Assembly: GCA_964016885.1 (NCBI GenBank)
Contig: OZ024741.1
Coordinates: 244,962,001 to 245,026,000, forward strand
Length of the DNA stretch: 64,000 bases
Source: Eledone cirrhosa
Lineage: Eukaryota
Direction of reading: 5' to 3'
Within the stretch, counting starts at the first letter, position 1; each line of letters begins with the position of its first letter. The notes under the pieces are model-generated. The model saw only the letters and a program-made list of their open reading frames with translations. It was not told the origin of the DNA and ran no database searches. A program made the translations under genes and the position numbers. This document shows, in pieces, positions 1 through 11,300 of this stretch.

Positions 1-227
1 GTTCCACAGCCACAACTATTGATTTTACGGAGATATCTTGCTGAAATTCACGACACACATAGCCAATGAGTATCTGCACATGTACCAGTAATTACAGATC
101 GATCCGACCGCGGGCGGCCGGCCCGCGATTAAAAAGGTAAAACCGCCGGCTAATTGTCATTTTTGGATTCGTTTTCTTCGAAGCACACCATTCGCCGGCG
201 GACTTTGTTGACGTTTAACACGGTTTG
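1..227. repeat. Reference monomer (copy 1; phase arbitrary, set by window start)
   Basis: Hand count gives 107/227 G+C and 19 CpG. Recurrent variable positions: m53, m59-60 (del), m69, m71, m72, m110, m124, m131, m132, m136, m142, m147, m154, m155, m179, m191, m213, m222. Confidence 0.97.
109..127. repeat. GC hairpin m109-127: CGCGGGC-ggccg-GCCCGCG
   Basis: Perfect 7-bp arms in G110 monomers and one mismatch in A110 monomers. It overlaps an FseI site (GGCCGGCC, m116-123) and, in G110 copies only, a SacII site (CCGCGG, m108-113). Confidence 0.9.
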
Positions 228-278
228 GTTCCACAGCCACAACTATTGATTTTACGGAGATATCTTGCTGAAATTCAC

Positions 279-301
279 GACACACATAGCCAATGTGAGT
301 C
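279..301. repeat. Quasi-palindrome m52-74 (shown in copy 2, B type): GACACACAT-agcca-ATGTGAGTC
   Basis: The reverse complement of GACACACAT is ATGTGTGTC. B-type monomers match 8/9, C and A types 7/9, D/E/F types 6/9. Confidence 0.8.
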
Positions 302-368
302 TGCACATGTACCAGTAATTACAGATCGATCCGACCACGGGCGGCCGGCCCGCGATTGAAAAGGTAAA

Positions 369-429
369 TCCGCCGGCTAATCGTCATTTTTGGATTCGTT
401 TTCTTCGAAGCACACCATTCGCCGGCGGA
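369..429. repeat. Long inverted repeat m142-154 / m190-202 (shown in copy 2): TCCGCCGGCTAAT ... ATTCGCCGGCGGA
   Basis: 13-bp arms with 12/13 complementary (9-bp perfect core TCCGCCGGC/GCCGGCGGA). The 35-nt spacer contains ATTTTTGG and the palindrome CTTCGAAG. Confidence 0.9.
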
Positions 430-3400
430 CTTTGTTGACATTTAACACGGTTTGGTTCCACAGCCACAACTATTGATTTTACGGAGATATCTTGCTGAAA
501 TTCACGCCACACATAGCCAATGAGTATCTGCACATGTACCAGTAATTACAGATCGATCCGACCGCGGGCGGCCGGCCCGCGATTAAAAAGGTAAATCCGC
601 CGGCTAATCGTCATTTTTGGATTCGTTTTCTTCGAAGCACACCATTCGCCGGCGGACTTTGTTGACATTTAACACGGTTTGGTTCCACAGCCACAACTAT
701 TGATTTTACGGAGATATCTTGCTGAAATTCACGCCACACATAGCCAATGAGTATCTGCACATGTACCAGTAATTACAGATCGATCCGACCGCGGGCGGCC
801 GGCCCGCGATTAAAAAGGTAAATCCGCCGGCTAATCGTCATTTTTGGATTCGTTTTCTTCGAAGCACACCATTCGCCGGCGGACTTTGTTGACATTTAAC
901 ACGGTTTGGTTCCACAGCCACAACTATTGATTTTACGGAGATATCTTGCTGAAATTCACGCCACACATAGCCAATGAGTATCTGCACATGTACCAGTAAT
1001 TACAGATCGATCCGACCGCGGGCGGCCGGCCCGCGATTGAAAAGGTAAATCCGCCGGCTAATCGTCATTTTTGGATTCGTTTTCTTCGAAGCACACCATT
1101 CGCCGGCGGACTTTGTTGACGTTTAACACGGTTTGGTTCCACAGCCACAACTATTGATTTTACGGAGATATCTTGCTGAAATTCACGACACACATAGCCA
1201 ATGTGAGTCTGCACATGTACCAGTAATTACAGATCGATCCGACCACGGGCGGCCGGCCCGCGATTGAAAAGGTAAATCCGCCGGCTAATCGTCATTTTTG
1301 GATTCGTTTTCTTCGAAGCACACCATTCGCCGGCGGACTTTGTTGACATTTAACACGGTTTGGTTCCACAGCCACAACTATTGATTTTACGGAGATATCT
1401 TGCTGAAATTCACGACACACATAGCCAATGAGTATCTGCACATGTACCAGTAATTACAGATCGATCCGACCGCGGGCGGCCGGCCCGCGATTAAAAAGGT
1501 AAAACCGCCGGCTAATTGTCATTTTTGGATTCGTTTTCTTCGAAGCACACCATTCGCCGGCGGACTTTGTTGACGTTTAACACGGTTTGGTTCCACAGCC
1601 ACAACTATTGATTTTACGGAGATATCTTGCTGAAATTCACGACACACATAGCCAATGTGAGTCTGCACATGTACCAGTAATTACAGATCGATCCGACCAC
1701 GGGCGGCCGGCCCGCGATTGAAAAGGTAAATCCGCCGGCTAATCGTCATTTTTGGATTCGTTTTCTTCGAAGCACACCATTCGCCGGCGGACTTTGTTGA
1801 CATTTAACACGGTTTGGTTCCACAGCCACAACTATTGATTTTACGGAGATATCTTGCTGAAATTCACGCCACACATAGCCAATGAGTATCTGCACATGTA
1901 CCAGTAATTACAGATCGATCCGACCGCGGGCGGCCGGCCCGCGATTAAAAAGGTAAATCCGCCGGCTAATCGTCATTTTTGGATTCGTTTTCTTCGAAGC
2001 ACACCATTCGCCGGCGGACTTTGTTGACATTTAACACGGTTTGGTTCCACAGCCACAACTATTGATTTTACGGAGATATCTTGCTGAAATTCACGCCACA
2101 CATAGCCAATGAGTGTCTGCACATGTACCAGTAATTACAGATCGATCCGACCACGGGCGGCCGGCCCGCGATTGAAAAGGTAAATCCGCCGGCTAATCGT
2201 CATTTTTGGATTCGTTTTCTTCGAAGCACACCATTCGCCGGCGGACTTTGTTGACGTTTAACACGGTTTGGTTCCACAGCCACAACTATTGATTTTACGG
2301 AGATATCTTGCTGAAATTCACGCCACACATAGCCAATGAGTATCTGCACATGTACCAGTAATTACAGATCGATCCGACCGCGGGCGGCCGGCCCGCGATT
2401 GAAAAGGTAAATCCGCCGGCTAATCGTCATTTTTGGATTCGTTTTCTTCGAAGCACACCATTCGCCGGCGGACTTTGTTGACGTTTAACACGGTTTGGTT
2501 CCACAGCCACAACTATTGATTTTACGGAGATATCTTGCTGAAATTCACGACACACATAGCCAATGTGAGTCTGCACATGTACCAGTAATTACAGATCGAT
2601 CCGACCACGGGCGGCCGGCCCGCGATTGAAAAGGTAAATCCGCCGGCTAATCGTCATTTTTGGATTCGTTTTCTTCGAAGCACACCATTCGCCGGCGGAC
2701 TTTGTTGACATTTAACACGGTTTGGTTCCACAGCCACAACTATTGATTTTACGGAGATATCTTGCTGAAATTCACGACACACATAGCCAATGAGTATCTG
2801 CACATGTACCAGTAATTACAGATCGATCCGACCACGGGCGGCCGGCCCGCGATTGAAAAGGTAAATCCGCCGGCTAATCGTCATTTTTGGATTCGTTTTC
2901 TTCGAAGCACACCATTCGCCGGCGGACTTTGTTGACATTTAACACGGTTTGGTTCCACAGCCACAACTATTGATTTTACGGAGATATCTTGCTGAAATTC
3001 ACGCCACACATAGCCAATGAGTATCTGCACATGTACCAGTAATTACAGATCGATCCGACCGCGGGCGGCCGGCCCGCGATTAAAAAGGTAAATCCGCCGG
3101 CTAATTGTCATTTTTGGATTCGTTTTCTTCGAAGCACACCATTCGCCGGCGGACTTTGTTGACGTTTAACACGGTTTGGTTCCACAGCCACAACTATTGA
3201 TTTTACGGAGATATCTTGCTGAAATTCACGACACACATAGCCAATGTGAGTCTGCACATGTACCAGTAATTACAGATCGATCCGACCACGGGCGGCCGGC
3301 CCGCGATTGAAAAGGTAAATCCGCCGGCTAATCGTCATTTTTGGATTCGTTTTCTTCGAAGCACACCATTCGCCGGCGGACTTTGTTGACATTTAACACG

Positions 3401-6400
3401 GTTTGGTTCCACAGCCACAACTATTGATTTTACGGAGATATCTTGCTGAAATTCACGCCACACATAGCCAATGAGTATCTGCACATGTACCAGTAATTAC
3501 AGATCGATCCGACCGCGGGCGGCCGGCCCGCGATTAAAAAGGTAAATCCGCCGGCTAATCGTCATTTTTGGATTCGTTTTCTTCGAAGCACACCATTCGC
3601 CGGCGGACTTTGTTGACATTTAACACGGTTTGGTTCCACAGCCACAACTATTGATTTTACGGAGATATCTTGCTGAAATTCACGCCACACATAGCCAATG
3701 AGTATCTGCACATGTACCAGTAATTACAGATCGATCCGACCGCGGGCGGCCGGCCCGCGATTAAAAAGGTAAATCCGCCGGCTAATCGTCATTTTTGGAT
3801 TCGTTTTCTTCGAAGCACACCATTCGCCGGCGGACTTTGTTGACATTTAACACGGTTTGGTTCCACAGCCACAACTATTGATTTTACGGAGATATCTTGC
3901 TGAAATTCACGCCACACATAGCCAATGAGTATCTGCACATGTACCAGTAATTACAGATCGATCCGACCGCGGGCGGCCGGCCCGCGATTGAAAAGGTAAA
4001 TCCGCCGGCTAATCGTCATTTTTGGATTCGTTTTCTTCGAAGCACACCATTCGCCGGCGGACTTTGTTGACGTTTAACACGGTTTGGTTCCACAGCCACA
4101 ACTATTGATTTTACGGAGATATCTTGCTGAAATTCACGACACACATAGCCAATGTGAGTCTGCACATGTACCAGTAATTACAGATCGATCCGACCACGGG
4201 CGGCCGGCCCGCGATTGAAAAGGTAAATCCGCCGGCTAATCGTCATTTTTGGATTCGTTTTCTTCGAAGCACACCATTCGCCGGCGGACTTTGTTGACAT
4301 TTAACACGGTTTGGTTCCACAGCCACAACTATTGATTTTACGGAGATATCTTGCTGAAATTCACGACACACATAGCCAATGAGTATCTGCACATGTACCA
4401 GTAATTACAGATCGATCCGACCGCGGGCGGCCGGCCCGCGATTAAAAAGGTAAAACCGCCGGCTAATTGTCATTTTTGGATTCGTTTTCTTCGAAGCACA
4501 CCATTCGCCGGCGGACTTTGTTGACGTTTAACACGGTTTGGTTCCACAGCCACAACTATTGATTTTACGGAGATATCTTGCTGAAATTCACGACACACAT
4601 AGCCAATGTGAGTCTGCACATGTACCAGTAATTACAGATCGATCCGACCACGGGCGGCCGGCCCGCGATTGAAAAGGTAAATCCGCCGGCTAATCGTCAT
4701 TTTTGGATTCGTTTTCTTCGAAGCACACCATTCGCCGGCGGACTTTGTTGACATTTAACACGGTTTGGTTCCACAGCCACAACTATTGATTTTACGGAGA
4801 TATCTTGCTGAAATTCACGCCACACATAGCCAATGAGTATCTGCACATGTACCAGTAATTACAGATCGATCCGACCGCGGGCGGCCGGCCCGCGATTAAA
4901 AAGGTAAATCCGCCGGCTAATCGTCATTTTTGGATTCGTTTTCTTCGAAGCACACCATTCGCCGGCGGACTTTGTTGACATTTAACACGGTTTGGTTCCA
5001 CAGCCACAACTATTGATTTTACGGAGATATCTTGCTGAAATTCACGCCACACATAGCCAATGAGTGTCTGCACATGTACCAGTAATTACAGATCGATCCG
5101 ACCACGGGCGGCCGGCCCGCGATTGAAAAGGTAAATCCGCCGGCTAATCGTCATTTTTGGATTCGTTTTCTTCGAAGCACACCATTCGCCGGCGGACTTT
5201 GTTGACGTTTAACACGGTTTGGTTCCACAGCCACAACTATTGATTTTACGGAGATATCTTGCTGAAATTCACGACACACATAGCCAATGTGAGTCTGCAC
5301 ATGTACCAGTAATTACAGATCGATCCGACCACGGGCGGCCGGCCCGCGATTGAAAAGGTAAATCCGCCGGCTAATCGTCATTTTTGGATTCGTTTTCTTC
5401 GAAGCACACCATTCGCCGGCGGACTTTGTTGACATTTAACACGGTTTGGTTCCACAGCCACAACTATTGATTTTACGGAGATATCTTGCTGAAATTCACG
5501 ACACACATAGCCAATGAGTATCTGCACATGTACCAGTAATTACAGATCGATCCGACCGCGGGCGGCCGGCCCGCGATTAGAAAGGTAAATCCGCCGGCTA
5601 ATCGTCATTTTTGGATTCGTTTTCTTCGAAGCACACCATTCGCCGGCGGACTTTGTTGACATTTAACACGGTTTGGTTCCACAGCCACAACTATTGATTT
5701 TACGGAGATATCTTGCTGAAATTCACGCCACACATAGCCAATGAGTGTCTGCACATGTACCAGTAATTACAGATCGATCCGACCACGGGCGGCCGGCCCG
5801 CGATTGAAAAGGTAAATCCGCCGGCTAATCGTCATTTTTGGATTCGTTTTCTTCGAAGCACACCATTCGCCGGCGGACTTTGTTGACGTTTAACACGGTT
5901 TGGTTCCACAGCCACAACTATTGATTTTACGGAGATATCTTGCTGAAATTCACGCCACACATAGCCAATGAGTATCTGCACATGTACCAGTAATTACAGA
6001 TCGATCCGACCGCGGGCGGCCGGCCCGCGATTGAAAAGGTAAATCCGCCGGCTAATCGTCATTTTTGGATTCGTTTTCTTCGAAGCACACCATTCGCCGG
6101 CGGACTTTGTTGACGTTTAACACGGTTTGGTTCCACAGCCACAACTATTGATTTTACGGAGATATCTTGCTGAAATTCACGACACACATAGCCAATGTGA
6201 GTCTGCACATGTACCAGTAATTACAGATCGATCCGACCACGGGCGGCCGGCCCGCGATTGAAAAGGTAAATCCGCCGGCTAATCGTCATTTTTGGATTCG
6301 TTTTCTTCGAAGCACACCATTCGCCGGCGGACTTTGTTGACATTTAACACGGTTTGGTTCCACAGCCACAACTATTGATTTTACGGAGATATCTTGCTGA

Positions 6401-8399
6401 AATTCACGACACACATAGCCAATGTGAGTCTGCACATGTACCAGTAATTACAGATCGATCCGACCACGGGCGGCCGGCCCGCGATTGAAAAGGTAAATCC
6501 GCCGGCTAATCGTCATTTTTGGATTCGTTTTCTTCGAAGCACACCATTCGCCGGCGGACTTTGTTGACATTTAACACGGTTTGGTTCCACAGCCACAACT
6601 ATTGATTTTACGGAGATATCTTGCTGAAATTCACGACACACATAGCCAATGAGTATCTGCACATGTACCAGTAATTACAGATCGATCCGACCGCGGGCGG
6701 CCGGCCCGCGATTAGAAAGGTAAATCCGCCGGCTAATCGTCATTTTTGGATTCGTTTTCTTCGAAGCACACCATTCGCCGGCGGACTTTGTTGACATTTA
6801 ACACGGTTTGGTTCCACAGCCACAACTATTGATTTTACGGAGATATCTTGCTGAAATTCACGCCACACATAGCCAATGAGTGTCTGCACATGTACCAGTA
6901 ATTACAGATCGATCCGACCACGGGCGGCCGGCCCGCGATTGAAAAGGTAAATCCGCCGGCTAATCGTCATTTTTGGATTCGTTTTCTTCGAAGCACACCA
7001 TTCGCCGGCGGACTTTGTTGACGTTTAACACGGTTTGGTTCCACAGCCACAACTATTGATTTTACGGAGATATCTTGCTGAAATTCACGCCACACATAGC
7101 CAATGAGTATCTGCACATGTACCAGTAATTACAGATCGATCCGACCACGGGCGGCCGGCCCGCGATTGAAAAGGTAAATCCGCCGGCTAATCGTCATTTT
7201 TGGATTCGTTTTCTTCGAAGCACACCATTCGCCGGCGGACTTTGTTGACATTTAACACGGTTTGGTTCCACAGCCACAACTATTGATTTTACGGAGATAT
7301 CTTGCTGAAATTCACGACACACATAGCCAATGTGAGTCTGCACATGTACCAGTAATTACAGATCGATCCGACCACGGGCGGCCGGCCCGCGATTGAAAAG
7401 GTAAATCCGCCGGCTAATCGTCATTTTTGGATTCGTTTTCTTCGAAGCACACCATTCGCCGGCGGACTTTGTTGACATTTAACACGGTTTGGTTCCACAG
7501 CCACAACTATTGATTTTACGGAGATATCTTGCTGAAATTCACGCCACACATAGCCAATGAGTGTCTGCACATGTACCAGTAATTACAGATCGATCCGACC
7601 ACGGGCGGCCGGCCCGCGATTGAAAAGGTAAATCCGCCGGCTAATCGTCATTTTTGGATTCGTTTTCTTCGAAGCACACCATTCGCCGGCGGACTTTGTT
7701 GACGTTTAACACGGTTTGGTTCCACAGCCACAACTATTGATTTTACGGAGATATCTTGCTGAAATTCACGCCACACATAGCCAATGAGTATCTGCACATG
7801 TACCAGTAATTACAGATCGATCCGACCGCGGGCGGCCGGCCCGCGATTAAAAAGGTAAATCCGCCGGCTAATTGTCATTTTTGGATTCGTTTTCTTCGAA
7901 GCACACCATTCGCCGGCGGACTTTGTTGACGTTTAACACGGTTTGGTTCCACAGCCACAACTATTGATTTTACGGAGATATCTTGCTGAAATTCACGCCA
8001 CACATAGCCAATGAGTGTCTGCACATGTACCAGTAATTACAGATCGATCCGACCACGGGCGGCCGGCCCGCGATTGAAAAGGTAAATCCGCCGGCTAATC
8101 GTCATTTTTGGATTCGTTTTCTTCGAAGCACACCAATCGCCGGCGGACTTTGTTGACGTTTAACACGGTTTGGTTCCACAGCCACAACTATTGATTTTAC
8201 GGAGATATCTTGCTGAAATTCACGCCACACATAGCCAATGAGTGTCTGCACATGTACCAGTAATTACAGATCGATCCGACCGCGGGCGGCCGGCCCGCGA
8301 TTAAAAAGGTAAAACCGCCGGCTAATTGTCATTTTTGGATTCGTTTTCTTCGAAGCACACCATTCGCCGGCGGACTTTGTTGACGTTTAACACGGTTTG

Positions 8400-11300
8400 G
8401 TTCCACAGCCACAACTATTGATTTTACGGAGATATCTTGCTGAAATTCACGACACACATAGCCAATGTGAGTCTGCACATGTACCAGTAATTACAGATCG
8501 ATCCGACCACGGGCGGCCGGCCCGCGATTGAAAAGGTAAATCCGCCGGCTAATCGTCATTTTTGGATTCGTTTTCTTCGAAGCACACCATTCGCCGGCGG
8601 ACTTTGTTGACATTTAACACGGTTTGGTTCCACAGCCACAACTATTGATTTTACGGAGATATCTTGCTGAAATTCACGCCACACATAGCCAATGAGTATC
8701 TGCACATGTACCAGTAATTACAGATCGATCCGACCGCGGGCGGCCGGCCCGCGATTAAAAAGGTAAATCCGCCGGCTAATCGTCATTTTTGGATTCGTTT
8801 TCTTCGAAGCACACCATTCGCCGGCGGACTTTGTTGACATTTAACACGGTTTGGTTCCACAGCCACAACTATTGATTTTACGGAGATATCTTGCTGAAAT
8901 TCACGCCACACATAGCCAATGAGTGTCTGCACATGTACCAGTAATTACAGATCGATCCGACCACGGGCGGCCGGCCCGCGATTGAAAAGGTAAATCCGCC
9001 GGCTAATCGTCATTTTTGGATTCGTTTTCTTCGAAGCACACCATTCGCCGGCGGACTTTGTTGACGTTTAACACGGTTTGGTTCCACAGCCACAACTATT
9101 GATTTTACGGAGATATCTTGCTGAAATTCACGACACACATAGCCAATGTGAGTCTGCACATGTACCAGTAATTACAGATCGATCCGACCACGGGCGGCCG
9201 GCCCGCGATTGAAAAGGTAAATCCGCCGGCTAATCGTCATTTTTGGATTCGTTTTCTTCGAAGCACACCATTCGCCGGCGGACTTTGTTGACGTTTAACA
9301 CGGTTTGGTTCCACAGCCACAACTATTGATTTTACGGAGATATCTTGCTGAAATTCACGACACACATAGCCAATGTGAGTCTGCACATGTACCAGTAATT
9401 ACAGATCGATCCGACCACGGGCGGCCGGCCCGCGATTGAAAAGGTAAATCCGCCGGCTAATCGTCATTTTTGGATTCGTTTTCTTCGAAGCACACCATTC
9501 GCCGGCGGACTTTGTTGACATTTAACACGGTTTGGTTCCACAGCCACAACTATTGATTTTACGGAGATATCTTGCTGAAATTCACGACACACATAGCCAA
9601 TGTGAGTCTGCACATGTACCAGTAATTACAGATCGATCCGACCACGGGCGGCCGGCCGGCGATTGAAAAGGTAAATCCGCCGGCTAATCGTCATTTTTGG
9701 ATTCGTTTTCTTCGAAGCACACCATTCGCCGGCGGACTTTGTTGACATTTAACACGGTTTGGTTCCACAGCCACAACTATTGATTTTACGGAGATATCTT
9801 GCTGAAATTCACGCCACACATAGCCAATGAGTGTCTGCACATGTACCAGTAATTACAGATCGATCCGACCACGGGCGGCCGGCCCGCGATTGAAAAGGTA
9901 AATCCGCCGGCTAATCGTCATTTTTGGATTCGTTTTCTTCGAAGCACACCATTCGCCGGCGGACTTTGTTGACGTTTAACACGGTTTGGTTCCACAGCCA
10001 CAACTATTGATTTTACGGAGATATCTTGCTGAAATTCACGCCACACATAGCCAATGAGTATCTGCACATGTACCAGTAATTACAGATCGATCCGACCGCG
10101 GGCGGCCGGCCCGCGATTGAAAAGGTAAATCCGCCGGCTAATCGTCATTTTTGGATTCGTTTTCTTCGAAGCACACCATTCGCCGGCGGACTTTGTTGAC
10201 GTTTAACACGGTTTGGTTCCACAGCCACAACTATTGATTTTACGGAGATATCTTGCTGAAATTCACGACACACATAGCCAATGTGAGTCTGCACATGTAC
10301 CAGTAATTACAGATCGATCCGACCACGGGCGGCCGGCCCGCGATTGAAAAGGTAAATCCGCCGGCTAATCGTCATTTTTGGATTCGTTTTCTTCGAAGCA
10401 CACCATTCGCCGGCGGACTTTGTTGACATTTAACACGGTTTGGTTCCACAGCCACAACTATTGATTTTACGGAGATATCTTGCTGAAATTCACGACACAC
10501 ATAGCCAATGAGTATCTGCACATGTACCAGTAATTACAGATCGATCCGACCGCGGGCGGCCGGCCCGCGATTAGAAAGGTAAATCCGCCGGCTAATCGTC
10601 ATTTTTGGATTCGTTTTCTTCGAAGCACACCATTCGCCGGCGGACTTTGTTGACATTTAACACGGTTTGGTTCCACAGCCACAACTATTGATTTTACGGA
10701 GATATCTTGCTGAAATTCACGCCACACATAGCCAATGAGTGTCTGCACATGTACCAGTAATTACAGATCGATCCGACCACGGGCGGCCGGCCCGCGATTG
10801 AAAAGGTAAATCCGCCGGCTAATCGTCATTTTTGGATTCGTTTTCTTCGAAGCACACCATTCGCCGGCGGACTTTGTTGACGTTTAACACGGTTTGGTTC
10901 CACAGCCACAACTATTGATTTTACGGAGATATCTTGCTGAAATTCACGCCACACATAGCCAATGAGTATCTGCACATGTACCAGTAATTACAGATCGATC
11001 CGACCGCGGGCGGCCGGCCCGCGATTGAAAAGGTAAATCCGCCGGCTAATCGTCATTTTTGGATTCGTTTTCTTCGAAGCACACCATTCGCCGGCGGACT
11101 TTGTTGACGTTTAACACGGTTTGGTTCCACAGCCACAACTATTGATTTTACGGAGATATCTTGCTGAAATTCACGACACACATAGCCAATGTGAGTCTGC
11201 ACATGTACCAGTAATTACAGATCGATCCGACCACGGGCGGCCGGCCCGCGATTGAAAAGGTAAATCCGCCGGCTAATCGTCATTTTTGGATTCGTTTTCT

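Larger units (their letters stand above)
228..5221. repeat. Higher-order block BFFDBABFC present twice, offset 13 monomers (2951 bp)
   Basis: Monomer types at 228-2270 equal those at 3179-5221 (manual typing). Confidence 0.8.

Noticed and set aside
41-50. Satellite-encoded hammerhead ribozyme (CTGAAATTCA)
   Set aside because: The required CTGANGA core is absent on both strands. The sequence reads CTGAAAT.
1-52. Near-invariant blocks (m1-52, m73-109, m156-178) as selected motifs
   Set aside because: With only about 18 recurrent variable sites in 227 bp, invariant stretches of this size are weak evidence of selection.
109-135. Rho-independent terminator (GC hairpin next to an A-run, minus strand)
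   Set aside because: On the minus strand the T-run precedes rather than follows the hairpin, and there is no gene context.
168-206. CENP-B box suggested by three TTCG motifs
   Set aside because: None fits TTCGnnnnAnnCGGG on either strand.
1-227. 5S rRNA, tRNA or U1-U6 snRNA tandem gene
   Set aside because: I recognise no 5S sequence, tRNA cloverleaf with A/B boxes, or spliceosomal snRNA motif beyond the Sm-like heptamer reported above.
222-243. Telomere-like or DnaA-box-like motifs (GGTTTGGTT, TTCCACAGCCACA)
   Set aside because: These are short partial matches only, with no tandem telomeric run and no true TTATCCACA box.
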